Below, in pieces: positions 15,638 to 28,276 of a DNA stretch of 64,000 bases. The notes under the pieces were generated by a model, which ran no database searches, was not told the origin of the DNA, and was given only the letters and a program-made list of their open reading frames with translations. Origin of the DNA: Lama glama (lineage: Eukaryota); the NCBI GenBank assembly GCA_028534125.1, contig CM052816.1, positions 81,904,001 through 81,968,000 on the forward strand, given 5' to 3'. Positions within the stretch are counted from its first letter, which is position 1. Every line of letters begins with the position of its first letter. The position numbers and the translations under genes were made by a program.

Positions 15638-16150
15638 ACAGTAAACATTTATTGATTACCCACTGTGTGCAGGATGCTTTGCCAGGGGCTGTGAAGGATA
15701 CAGAAATGACTCTGAATCAACCCATTTCATCAAGGAGCTAATAATCTAGTGGAGGAGTTAGACATGTGCACACATGGCTATAATATGGGGCAGCCTCTGG
15801 TAAGTGCTGTAAAAGAAGTAAGTACAGACCAAGAGCAAAGGAAGTCTCGAGGGGATGGGATTACTTCCTAAAGGAGCCAGGAAAGGCATCACAGAAGAGA
15901 TGGTATTTGACATAGGTAGATGGGTAAAAATTCAGTGGGCAGATTCATAGGGTAAGGGATTTTGAAGAAGAGGAGCAAAGACTTGTAAGCTGGGTGATAG
16001 TACTTTGTATGTTAAGCAGCTGGGAAAATGTGCGGTGATAGGCACTTCATGGGGAAGGTAATAGAGGATAAGCCTGGAAGAACTTGAGTGCAGATTGCAG
16101 AGGGCCTTAAATGCTGGGCATGAAGTTTGAATTAGATTCTATTGGTCCTG
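15638..16150 (-). mobile_element. LINE-2 fragment, antisense; hosts the DROSHA 5'-UTR exon
   Basis: aacatttattga...cactgtgtgc..gg...ggatacagaaatga...caaggagct...atctagtggagg...gtaagtgctgt...ggaaaggcatcacagaagagatggtatttga follows the reverse complement of the L2 3' end. Confidence 0.7.
15673..15799 (+). other. DROSHA: DROSHA 5'-UTR exon (127 nt), within an antisense L2 relic
   Basis: gtgcAG acceptor, strong CTG|GTaagt donor; resembles the recalled human leader (gtgaaggatacagaaatgact.tgaatcaacccat.tcatcaaggagct). Confidence 0.75.
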
Positions 16151-16902
16151 AGTAGCACATGATGGCAAGATCACTGTCTAGGTCCTAGGTTTATAATGAG
16201 GGCCTTGGACTGAATAGTAATCATTAATCAGATATTATTTGGAACCTATATTAAGCATAGTGATTGATACAGCTAAATAATCTGGAAAAACTTTCATGAG
16301 CCATTTGAAAGTCTACCTTAAGCCTATTGTTAAATCTTTTAGTTTGAAAGACTTTAGGAAAATGCTTCTACACTAAACCTTTTCAGAGTTAATGTTTATT
16401 TGAGTTTTTTTAAACATTTTGTTTAAGTCTAGTATTGGGAAAGCCATTCCTATTCATAGTATTCTTCTCTGGAAAGAGCTGAGAATGAGAATCAGGGATA
16501 ACTGTGTGTTTACATGATTATAGTTAAGTTTGAATTTGAATGCTGGTCTCACTGTGAAGGAAACTAGAGAATGGAGAGGGAGGGGAGAAATGACTTTTCC
16601 TCCTAGTCTTAGCAGATTAGAGATGGAAATGCTGAAATTGCCAAAACCGATTGTTTTGAGTCAGCAGTAAGTATTAAGGACATCTTAAGAGTTAGTTGTA
16701 AACTTTAATTCAGTTCAGCATGCTTGTAATTTTGTTAGTATGCTAAATGTATTGAAGAGTGCAAAGTCAGTGTTAAGATAATTGTAGAAATACTTTATAA
16801 CATTAGCAGTTTGGGAAACATTTTTATGTCTCTTTCTTCTTTCTGTCCTCTAGAGCATATATTCTCTGTGAAAGATGTGACCTATACAGATAGAACGTCA
16901 CG

Positions 16903-16919
16903 ATGCAAGGCAGTACATG
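16903..16919 (+). CDS. DROSHA: DROSHA first coding segment (MQGSTC) of the 66-nt exon 16854-16919
   Basis: Long pyrimidine tract + tAG at 16852-53, ATG 16903, donor TG|GTgagt. Splices in frame to give MQGSTCHRMSFHPGRG. Confidence 0.9.
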
Positions 16920-17179
16920 GTGAGTGGCATGGTAGTCATGGCAGTCGTCTGGAAGAACAGAGAACAGACACCGGCACTAGGCCATAGAGGGTGGGAAGGG
17001 TTTCGATAGGTGAGGAGAGGTGGACTGTGTTCCCCTGGGCCACCTTCATGGCTAGGAACCTAGACCCAAGCAAATTGATACAGCCCAGATCCCTGCCCTG
17101 ATGGTGCTGGCAGTTCTGAGGTGCAGGTAGACAGTAAAGGCGGAATAAGTTGGTGACCTGTAATCATTGTCCAACCTGC

Positions 17180-17800
17180 CAAGAAGCACAGAGTGTGGGA
17201 GAGCAGAGAAGCTAATAAAGCCCTGGAGGTAATGGTGGTGGTTGTAGAAAGACTGACAAAGGTGTTACTATTGCAGCCAGACAGGAGACGATGGTGTGAA
17301 GTGGATGGACTCAAGAAGTATTTACCAAGCAGAAATGATTGGCATTTGAAAATACATTTTTAGCTAGAGGGGATAAGGGAGGAGAAGTTGTCAGGTAATT
17401 TCTTGTTGTGTGACTTGACAACCAATAAATGGTCTCATATATTGAGACAGGAAACCCTAAAAAAGGAGCATGTGATGTTGTCTTGGAGGGGAAGATCGTT
17501 AATTCCTTTTAGGACATGTTAGGTTGAATTTGCGAGTCTGTGCTGAGTGGGAGGAAGGTGTGGACAGAAAGATGCTGGTGCAAATGTAGAAACGTGGGGT
17601 GTGTGGACAGGATGACGTGGTGAGGTCAAGACTTGAGGGAACTTGAGCAAGGACATGATAGTAAATGGTCAAACACTGGGGATGATCGAATGGGGATGTT
17701 GACTATGCTGAGCTGGAGCAGCTTTAGGGAGTGGCAAGGTCCAGGGGCTGACCATGGCAGTGGGTCGAGGGGCTGAGACAGGGGAAGAGGAGTTTATTGG
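17180..17800 (-). mobile_element. Degenerate L2 body fragment
   Basis: Purine-rich tract with L2-like motifs (ttttaggacatgttaggttg, gcagctttagggagtggcaaggtccag). Confidence 0.5.
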
Positions 17801-17948
17801 CCATGAGGAGTATCAGACATTATGGAGTACTCAGCATTAGATGGGTGGCCTAAGGGGTCTGCCAGTTGCTCTTGAAGATGGTCAGGCATTTGTGAAACCT
17901 TGTTTATATAGTGGGTTTTTCTTTTCCATTTTTCTTTTCTCTACCAAG

Positions 17949-18782
17949 TCATAGAATGTCGTTCCACCCAGGACGAGGGTGTCCCCGAGGGCGAGGGGGA
18001 CATGGAGCCAGACCCTCAGCACCAGCCTTCAGGCCCCAAAACCTGAGACTGCTTCACCCTCAGCAGCCTCCTGTGCAATACCAATACGAACCTCCGAGTG
18101 CCCCTTCCACCACCTTCTCCAACTCCCCAGCACCCAGTTTTCTGCCTCCACGGCCAGATTTTGTACCCTTCCCTCCACCCATGCCTCCGTCAGCACAAGG
18201 CCCCCTGCCCCCCTGCCCAATCCGGCCCCCCTTCCCCAACCACCAGATGAGGCCCCCTTTCCCTGTGCCTCCCTGTTTTCCTCCCATGCCGCCTCCGATG
18301 CCCTGTCCCAATAACCCCCCGGTCCCTGGAGCGCCTCCTGGACAAGGCGCTTTCCCCTTCATGATGCCCCCTCCGTCCATGCCCCACCCCCCACCCCCTC
18401 CCGTCATGCCACAGCAGGTCAATTACCAGTACCCTCCTGGCTACTCGCACCACAACTTCCCACCTCCCAATTTTAATAGCTTCCAGAACAACTCCAGTTC
18501 CTTCCCACCCAGTGCTAATAATAGCAGTAGTCCTCATTTTAGGCATCTCCCTCCATACCCACTCCCAAAGGCTCCCAGTGAGAGAAGGTCCCCAGAAAGG
18601 CTCAAGCATTATGATGATCACAGGCACCGGGATCATAGTCACGGGAGAGGCGAGAGGCATCGGTCCCTGGATCGGCGGGAGCGAGGCCGAAGTCCGGACA
18701 GGAGAAGGCAAGACAGCCGCTACCGATCTGATTATGACCGAGGAAGGACGCCCTCCCGCCACCGGAGCTACGAGCGGAGCAG
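17949..18782 (+). CDS. DROSHA: DROSHA 834-nt exon: proline-rich domain and start of RS-rich domain
   Basis: ORF 17911..18786 HRMSFHPGRGCPRGRGGHG...HRSYERSR; ccaAG acceptor, AG|GTaaag donor. Confidence 0.98.
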
Positions 18783-21700
18783 GTAAAGCACCTGTGTGTT
18801 TTTTTTTTAGAAGTGCGGAGGCCCCGACGCAAGGCCATTTCTGTTGATCAGCAAACCAAACCAAAAAGGTCCAGCAGTTCATTTCTGTTTGTAAAAGGAA
18901 AGAAAGCATGTTTGGGGCTGTTTTAAAGAGGAAGAACTGACAAGTAAAGGAGTTGATGTCAGGAAAAAGACACCTTTGAAAATTATTCCAAAATTATCAG
19001 CGTAGATTCATTTCAGTGAGTATAAGCAGATTACTCTGCATAATATAGTTGACATTTTAATGATGTTCAGTGAAGGGGCTTGTGTTTTTTGTGTGTGTGT
19101 GTTTTATTTAATTACGTTCACTATGATCATCATGTCAGGTTACCGCACTTGAGTTCTTTCGGAATTGGTATGTATAATATCAGTCAGGAATCAAACTAGT
19201 TAGCAAGTGGAACTTGCTTTATTTTTAGAATAAGTGGAAGTTTGTTGTGTGTTGCTGCCTTCTTGCTCTGTATCCTTAAAATGGAATAATATTAGTTATG
19301 CATTATCAAAGTTCTGGTTTTCAAATAGCTTTTAATTTGACTCTGTTGCATTGAAACATTCATACTAGATAAAGCTGTATTTAAAACATACTGTTCCATT
19401 CCAGATTGTATTTCTTTATTTCAAAAGACCAAATATCTGTGTATACAACAGAATAAGGTTTCCAGCAGGGATTCACAGATGGGCTTCTAGAAATGCTCTG
19501 AAGTTCTATGCAAAATTTTATGTGTATGTATATCTTTCTATAAGTAAATCAGTAGCTTATAGCAGATTCTCAAGAGATGGTGTGAGTCTATTACCCCAAG
19601 TCTAACAACCATTGGCTCAGATGGTAAAGTAAGAATACACAGATATCAATTATACTAATATTTATTTGTACCTTCAGTGAAGGCTTTATATCAATGAAGA
19701 TTTGAGGTTTTCCAGTTATTAAGCTGGTAATGGTGCTTCTCTTTCTGTCTGTGGTGGTGCATTTACCTTCATTGTCTTGTGGAACTTCTATGCTGAAAAG
19801 TATGAGGTCCCCAAACCAGGTCGCTTCATCACATGTGTTTGTAGAGAGCTGGTCTTGGCTCCTGCGACACCAATGGACTTCTCGGTTTCTGTGTTTCTCT
19901 CAGGGCTGTAGGTTTGATTCTGATTGAACATTTTGCCAGTAAACGGTAGTGGTCATTCTCAGTCCTGAAGAGAGTGACTAGTGCTCGGAAGGTTTGGAAG
20001 GAAAATGCATTATTGCTTCTCTCTGAGTCCTGATGGAAGGGACCCCGTGTTTTTGCAGAGATGACAGATTTGGGTGGCCAGGGCTGCCTGAGTTGGTAGA
20101 CTTTTAAAAGTCTTTTCAACGTATCTGTTTCTGGGCAATTTTGTTCTTAATTCTGTGGTGGACTAGTTGGCAAAGGCCTGTGATAGTTTATTTTACAACT
20201 TTATGATGAAAAGCTAAACCAGAAAGTTGTTAATAGTTCTCTTCAGACTTCAAAGCGATTGTTAATAAACCTGTCTGTGGGAAAACGTTTTGCTGCAAAC
20301 TTCAGCATTCTGGCATTCCCCTCTCTCCCCTTTTTTGGGGTGCTGTGGTTGTTAGGGCTTTGCTGTAAAATCCTGAATTCTTCCATCCAGGCTTAAGCTT
20401 GGGAGTTAATGTGTTTGTTTGAAGAAACACAGATGTCCTATAAACTGACAATCTCTATCAGTAAGTGAAATCAAGTGCCGTAATCTGCGTTGTCTTGAAC
20501 CACAACTCCTTTACTACGCAGGACCTTGGGCAGTTAGCTCATCTTTCCAAATGGCCCTTATGTACATTGGAGTTGTTTTATAATGTTGTGCTTTGAGGTC
20601 TTAGTCTTGAATGTCAGTCATCTGTCTTACATGGGATGCTTCTGTGAAATAAACACAGGGCACGTGAAGTCCTAGTGTAACTTGCAGAAGTATATTGGAG
20701 AAAACCAAAACTTCACAGATGTATGCTTTAGATTGTGTTATGCTTATGCAAATTCTTTAGTCCTCTGGCTACTTCTCCCCTTGCTTCTTGGGTTAAGTGA
20801 ATCTATCCTTTTCAAATTTCATTTTCCTTCTTTTTCTCCTCCTTTGAACTGTGGTTGAATAATAATGACAAGATTGTTTCAGGGCACACTATTTCTAGAG
20901 AAGGTTTATGACTAAGTGGGTATATGCATTTGCTGTCATGAAAGCTCATGGTTCCTCCGGGGAATGGGAAGAGAAACTGCGGTCTTAGCTAGTAAGGACC
21001 AGTGCAGTGGCTTGGCATAAATAAGTAGTGTTACAGCATGATAATCCCCACAGCTGTCCTACTGAGTACAATGTGCAGCCATCGGAGAGCTAGTATTATG
21101 AACCTAAGGAATACCTTAATGCTCGCAAACAGGGAAGAATCTTCCGAAAAATAATCCAAGTGCTGTTTTTCTTGGTTTAAGTGGGTTCATTATATAGTGT
21201 TCCTGTGATCTATATCCATATTGGTTTTTTTCAGTTCATACCCATTCAGAGGTAGCAATCATCATCAGAAGTGCCACTACTGAATGCAAAATTCTATTCC
21301 CTAGATGTTCAAAGACAAACTAAAAATTAGGAATATCCTCCAATTACAGCATTTATTTGGAAATACAGGCAATTATTTTTTTCAGCAGTCATGCCCTCAC
21401 AGATTACATTAAATCTGTATCATGTGGTACCACTCACTAGCTGGATTTACTGCCTAAAAGTAAACTGTAATTTTAGAATGGTGTCAGATAAAGAGTGTGG
21501 AATCCCAAGCACTGGCTAGTTTATTTTAGACAGCTGGTGTCTACCTGGGGCTTAAGTATATGTCAAAAGTATTATTCAGAGAAGTCTTTCTTGGGGGGGG
21601 GTGATCTTTTAGTGGAAAATCAATTCTTGTTTTAATATCCAAGGTCTCCATCAATTTTGTAAGTTTTGGTTTCAGTGAATTTACATTTTTTCCATTTGAT

Positions 21701-22516
21701 TATAAGTTGGGGAATTTTTTGAGTTCAGATATATTTATAGTCTTCTTGCTGGACTCAAACTAATATAGCATTTTTCTCCTACTCTATGATCTAGTAACTA
21801 TTTCCCTTAGGTTTAGTTTAGATATAAACACACTGGAGTTCTGATACTTGTTTCAGATCTCATTGTCCTTGTTAAATAGACTCAGAAGTTATTATTAAAT
21901 TCCAGTGTTACATTGGAAGATTTAAAATCCTTTGTTCTATTTTCACATCAAGTAAACTCATTGTCTCCATTTAGAGTTTTTTCCAGATGAGAACAGCATT
22001 TAAAGGTAAAGTGACTTAGAATCTCATGGCAGTTAGTGATAGCTAAAACTACACCTCAGGCCTATAATCTATAAGAGTTTAGAACTCTTTCATTGTAGAA
22101 CCTTGTCCTAATCTTTACTATAAAAGCTTTAACTTGTGTTTATTTGATGGATGATATTAAGAGTATTCTAGAATTCAATAGACAGCTGAATCCTTTGAAA
22201 TTTTCCCCATAGGTTAAATAACCAAGGATTGGCTGGTTGGAAGTTCTCAAGAGATTATGATAAAATTCCCTTTGTTGCTTAGCGTTAAGTATGACTTCTT
22301 TCTTTAAAGAAAACAGCAAGAAATGTCCAAGTGAGTTAAAAAGCTCCTTTATTCTCTAATAAATGAAAGATGAGTAAGAATGTCCCATAGTGAATACTGC
22401 CTGCAGAATTCTTAGGTGAAGTGAGGTCCATTCATTTAGAAGGTGAATTCAGTGAAAAGAGATGGTGTTTTTGAGTCTTTCTGTTGAAAACAGCTCTGTG
22501 TATTAATTCCTTTAAG

Positions 22517-22609
22517 AGAGCGGGAACGGGAGAGACACAGGCACCGGGACAGCCGAAGATCACCATCTCTGGAAAGGTCCTACAAAAAAGAGTATAAAAG
22601 ATCTGGAAG
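22517..22609 (+). CDS. DROSHA: DROSHA 93-nt exon (ERERERHRHRDSRRSPSLERSYKKEYKRSG)
   Basis: cctttaAG / GTaagc, phase 2-2; contains RRSPSLE (S299/S301 here, human S300/S302). Confidence 0.95.
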
Positions 22610-23069
22610 GTAAGCAAGGAGTTGACACTGGAAGAAGTCATAGGATTATCTCCTTGAATTCAGATTTTGTGCTTGTGCAGAGTATCAGCCAGGTCTTCAA
22701 AACAGCCTGAGAGTCTGTCCAAAGAACCCTGTGAAAAACTAAAGCAGCCAGTTACTTTAAAAACCTTTACTTTCAAGATGTATTGAGAATGCACAAGGAA
22801 AATCTTGATACATTTCCAAAAATTAGAAATTATATGGGCCACTTTTTCTGACCTCAGTTGCTATACAACTATACATTAATAATTTTTTTTTAAACTTGAC
22901 AATCCATAATTATGGTCTTCATTTTTACTTGTTTCATGAAAAAAAAAGAGCAAAACTGTAGTCACACCTTTTTTGGAAAAATGACTGATTTTGCTGCAAA
23001 TCAAAACTTATAGGATGTAACCAATTCTATATTGAGAAGTACAATTCATGTCTTATTTAACGGTAATTA

Positions 23070-23300
23070 AGAATAGCACTCTAGAATCTGGCAGATTTGG
23101 GGTCAATTATTAGTTCTTCCAACTTTGTTATTGGGCAAAGTAATCTAACTTTTTTTAAGCCTCAATGTCTTTGTGTAAAATAAGAACAGTTATACTTGCC
23201 TTGTTGAGTGGTGAGGGGTCATTGAGATAATACACGTAAAACACTTAGAACTGGGCCCAAAGTTAGTGCCAAGTAAATGGTAACTATATATGTAATTATT
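23070..23300. mobile_element. MIR SINE
   Basis: ttgggcaaagtaatctaacttttt..agcctcaatgtc...gtaaaat...gagataatacacgtaaaacacttagaac. Confidence 0.7.
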
Positions 23301-23319
23301 ATCTGATCACTTGGCTCTA

Positions 23320-26300
23320 GAAATTGGTAACGTAAAAGAAAAGCAGAAAAGGGAGTTAAAAGAAATTAATGAATAGAAAAATAGAACTACAGTACTATAT
23401 CAGTATTTGTAAATAAATGCAAGCTTTCTTTGAAAGGTTTCACAATTTAAAAAGGGGCAAATCAAGGAAAGAAAAACATACATTCCTTTAGGTATAAGAA
23501 AGAATGTATTATTATAGGAGTGAAGGAGATTTAAAAATTACAGTACTTTGGTATAAATATAGATATTTTATTTAAAAAATTAAAAAAACTTGGATGTGAT
23601 GGGTTGTTTTCTATGAAAACAAAATTTACAAACTTCATACAAGAAGTATAAAATTGTAATAGGCCAGTAACCATGTAAAAAATTTTGAAAAAGTTGAATT
23701 TGTGTCACCTCCAAAAAAGTTTTAAACTGTTTTAGAACACTTACGAAGATGGAAGGAAAGCTCAGCTCATGTTGTGTTACCAGGAAAATCCACATGGCAA
23801 AACCTAATGGATGGAAGCAAAACCACAAAACAGTCTCTCTTATGAATGTGGATATGAAAATACTGATTAGTATGTTAGCAAGAAGTTTTCAGTTGTGTAT
23901 TAAAGTAACTGAGAATTTATTCCAAGATTGCATAGGTAGATAGGTTAGTATTAGGAGATCGGTAACTATAATTCTTTGTGTCAAAATCTATAGGCTTATC
24001 TTTACTTGCCTATTAGATATTTAAAATAAAGTTGCATCTGTATAAAGTTGCGTCCATTTATGAGTAGAAACTTCGATAAAGTAGGATTATATGCAGGCTT
24101 CTTTAACATGATCGAGAACGTTATCTCATGATGAATGTGACTGATCCCATCTCAGAAGAGCCAAATTTAATGCTGAAACCTTCTAGGCTTTCCCGTACAA
24201 GTTAGAAAAAAGGGAAGGAGGCCCCGTTGCCTATCACTGTCACCTGACATTGTATAACTTAATCAACAAGCAAACAAAAACACTGCATTCTTGTGTGCCT
24301 CAAGTATTGTACTGGCATGAGTGATACAGTCATTAACCAGAGTCCCCACTTTACAGGAATAAGAATGTTCAGTGCTATGAGGAGTGCTTTTGATAGAACA
24401 ATTACATGTTGCTCTAGGAACACAGCAGCCAATAACTCAGTTTAGGGTAGTCAGAGAAATTGATGTTCTACTGATACCTGAAGTGTGTGTAGGAGTGCAT
24501 GAGGGGAGGGGGACAGTAGGGGAGGAGAAGAGAGCAGGTGTGAAGGTTGCAGTGTGGAGAAACCATCTGAGAGGATCAAGCCTGGAGGTTGGGAAATGAG
24601 TTTAGGAGGCCTTTGTTAGTAATCCATGAAAGAAATGGTTGTGCCTAGACTGGCGCACTGACAGTGGCAGTGGGGAAGGGTAGAGGTAATTGAGAGAGAT
24701 TGATGAGGGAGAGTCAGTAGGACCCGGTAACTGATCCTGAGGGAAGAGGAGTCAGCAGTCATTACCTGAGATCTAGAGTTCCCCTTAGAAGCCTGTAAAC
24801 ATTAGGAAACAGGTGAAAGGATGAGTTCAGTTTTGGGCATGTGGAATCTGAGAATCTGTGAGACGGCTGGGTGGAACTGTGTGGTGGTTATTTGGACACA
24901 GAGATGTAAGGTTCAGAAAAGAGAGTCTAGCTGGAAATACTAAATGCCATGGATTAGATGAGATCAACTAGGAAGAATTGTTCAGTGAGAAAGGGCCTGA
25001 GGAGGAGGAGAAGGAAGAGATGAGGAAAGGCAGAAGGCCAAGATACTGTGTTGGTGGAAATCATTGAGGACCCATTTGAGGTTGATGGTTTTTAATGTTG
25101 AGTGCTGGAAATCTCTTCAGTCTGGTGATTTCTTCTCCAATGCTCAGTAGCTTGTGGAGAAGACAGAGACTTGGATGCTGTGAGTCCTAACTGAGGCAGA
25201 AGATGAGAAAATAAAAATCACGGATACAAATACATGTAAAGGAGGAGGAGTTATTATAGTTTGAAATACAGCATATTGTTTAGGAACAATTTCAAGTTTA
25301 GATTTTGAAATTTGATATACCTGAGATATCTACCTAAAAAGATGTTTTTATCCTGTTTTGAAATGTTGCTCTCAAAGTGTTTAAAGAAAAAAGAATACTA
25401 ATTATTGTTCACAATAGACAACCTTGACCATCCATCATTAAGACATCTGCTTACAGGGGATGGAGTGAGGATGTCTTCTGCCCCTGTTTCTTGATGATAA
25501 TAGTAAACATTTGGTGGGATTTTTAGTACACATCAAAATGGCTATGTCAAACAACCCACATTAACATTTAACTACTATTTACTAGCTGTGTGATTTTGGG
25601 CGAGTAATATAATTTCTAATTTTGTTTCCTCTGTAGGGGATGTTTATATCTGCCTCAGGATTCTAAGTGTGTCAGTAGAATGCTTAGCAGAGTGTCAGAC
25701 TATCAGTAAGCACCGAAAACAAATGAACAGCCAGACAAAAACCACACCACTGGGAGCTAAGATATTTCATTATTGGCTAATGATATTATTAGGAATACTC
25801 AAGAGATCAGCTAAGAAATATTAGAATTAACTGACTGAAGTTGACAGTTATAAAATAAACATACTATAATTAGTAGCCTTCCTAAATACCAGAAATACCT
25901 ACTTTGAAAATATAACGGAAAAAAATGTAGGTTCACTACAGAAAATTTAAATTAATTAAAATTAAATATCCTAAACTTAAAAAATTCATAGATTGATGTA
26001 AAAAAAACTGTAAATGTAGCCGATGACAAAGGAGGTGATATAAATGAATGAGGGCATGTCATATTCCCCTAGTGGAAGTGGAAGACAGGGCTGCCAAATA
26101 CCAGTTTTCTTCCAAAAATATCTGTGGTTTTAATGTACCTTCAGTGGAAGTACTGGTTTTAGAACTTTGAAAGGACTCACATTCTTCTTTGGAATAGAAG
26201 TGAGTATAATGAAGACAGATAATAATACAGGGAGGTACTTACTCTATGGTCTTAAAATGTTGTATAAACACATAGTAATTAAACCAATTTAGTATGGGTA

Positions 26301-27230
26301 TAAGGAGATCAGTGAAACAAATATTGAACAACATTCAAGGAGATGTAAAATTTTACAGCTGTCATGACGTTGTTTTTCCAATCAGAGGAGAAACTAATGG
26401 GACAGTTGACAAGCCACATGGAAAAAGAATTGAATTCAGATTTCTGCCTTGGATCTTGGAGAGATATAGTAAAAAGAATTTAATGCTTAAAGTACCTGAA
26501 GAAAATATAAAATCTTTATTTAACCTTGGGATGGGAAAGTAAAACATAACATAGCAGGACTATAATCCTAAATTTAAAAATATTGGCATAGCATATTGAC
26601 TGGGATGTTCATAAAAGAAGTGAACATGAAACATGCCATTTCAGTAGTGACGAGAACTGCAAGTTAAATGAGATACTCTTTTCATCATAGTGGAAAAGTT
26701 GAAAAACGATCATGCTGAGAGGATGTGTGGAAATGGGAACTTGCTTGTGGTCTTGAGGATAATCTGAACTGGTACTACCTATCTGTAGAGAAGCCTTAAA
26801 AAAAAATACAGACTCTTTGTGTGAAATAATCTGACAAGTCTGCGAAGAACACAGGTGTGTTTACAGTAGCATTGTTTACGATGTCATAAACAAATGGTAA
26901 CAACCTAAGTGACTAGGATCAGACTTGTCAAATTATGGTATATACAAATAGAATAATAATATGCACTTCTTAAAAATGGTTCAAATAGATATATTGAAAT
27001 AGAATGGTGTTCCTGATTTACTATTGAGTTGAGGAGGGCAGTCTATAGAGTTCCTTTTTCGTTAAAATTTGTGTGTTTATATATCTGTATGTTTTAACAC
27101 ATTTGTGAAATGTAGTGGTTATTTCTGAGTAGTGTTATAGGTAATTTTTGTTTTATTTTTGTTAATGCTTTTATTATTTTTCTACAGTGAATGTATATAC
27201 ATTTTACTTGACAGTAATTTTTTTTCTGGT
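23320..27230 (+). mobile_element. Old L1 (L1ME-like) ORF2/3' relic interrupted by an antisense L2 (~24265-25010) and a MIR (~25575-25715)
   Basis: A-rich strand with L1 ORF2-like motifs (tagtagccttcctaaataccag, aaatgaatgagggcatgtcatattc, aaatgggaacttgc, acagtagcattgtttac); no intact ORF. Confidence 0.6.
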
Positions 27231-27938
27231 AACAAACCTAATGATGTAGAGTGTAATATATAGGAACTATATCAATAAATATTCAATATATATAATCTTT
27301 TTAGTCACCAGCCCTTTTCCCCCTGATGTATATACACACCTGCACACTCACACCTCGGTGGTAGAGTTGATAGAAAGAGTTAATTTGTGACTTTGATCCA
27401 CATGAAAACTTTCTTGGATAATAGTAACTTTGTCAGTGGAGCTGCAGAGTCTGCCAGCATAAAACTAATAAAGCAATTACTCTCTTTGGCTGGCTTCTCA
27501 AGGTCTGTATGATTCCACCCAAATTTCTTGGGCTTAATTTCAAATCTATCCTGTAGTTTTTTTCTCTACAAGCACATCCACAGGATGGACCTTTGTAAAT
27601 TTCAGGCCCCAGATTCAAGGAGATGGAATGTTTTTTCTCCTTCTTAATTGAGTTAGTATTTGTGGAGGTTAGAATTAGGCAAAGTGTTGGTTTCACTAAG
27701 CAGTAATACCCAAGTGTGGGCTTCCAGAGAGATGGTCAGGAGTGGTATAACTGGTTCACTCTTGGATTATGGTCCTCAGGCTAAATTTATGGCCAAGCTG
27801 AGACCATATTTTATGATGCTCCCCTTTTTTTTTTCCTTGACAAAGCAAGATGAGGAGGATCAAAACTAGTATTCTCAGTGCTGAAATTGCCTCTATGTGG
27901 AGATTCCCAAGTATTTCCCAAATATCTTTCTTTTCTAG

Positions 27939-28049
27939 GAGTTATGGTTTGCTGGTTGGTACTGAACCTGCTGGATGCACACCAGAATTACCTGGGGAGA
28001 GTATTAAAAATACAGATTCTTGGGCCCCATCCCCGGACACTGTGAATCA
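27939..28049 (+). CDS. DROSHA: DROSHA 111-nt alternative cassette exon (SYGLLVGTEPAGCTPELPGESIKNTDSWAPSPDTVNH), MER5-derived
   Basis: ctttcttttctAG / CA|GTaagt, phase 2-2, open; resembles recalled human SYGL..EPAGCTPELPGE.IKNTDSWAP. Confidence 0.9.
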
Positions 28050-28147
28050 GTAAGTAGATCTAGGGTAGGGCCTGGGAATTTGTATTTTTAAACAAGTAAC
28101 TTCAGGTGATTCTGATGCCACCAGACTGGTGTCAGGGAATCACTGGT
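27950..28147. mobile_element. MER5-family (MER5B/MER5A1-like) palindromic MITE, partly exonised
   Basis: cagaattacctggggag...aaaaatacagattcttgggcccc...gggcctgggaatttgtatttttaaacaag...caggtgattctgatgc...gaatcactgg. Confidence 0.85.
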
Positions 28148-28276
28148 TGAACAAAAATAAATGTGGTGATTTGGCATGACATTTCTCCTTTAGGTGAAAA
28201 GTGAACTAAGCAGGTGAAATAGCTTTACAACAGAAGAACATTTTTAATAACTGGCCTCCTTTGCCCCCTTTTGAAG

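Noticed and set aside
17979..18909. Antisense and alternative-frame ORFs (up to 239 aa) over the Pro-rich exon
   Set aside because: Expected shadow of C-rich, stop-poor proline codons; no independent splice or promoter support.
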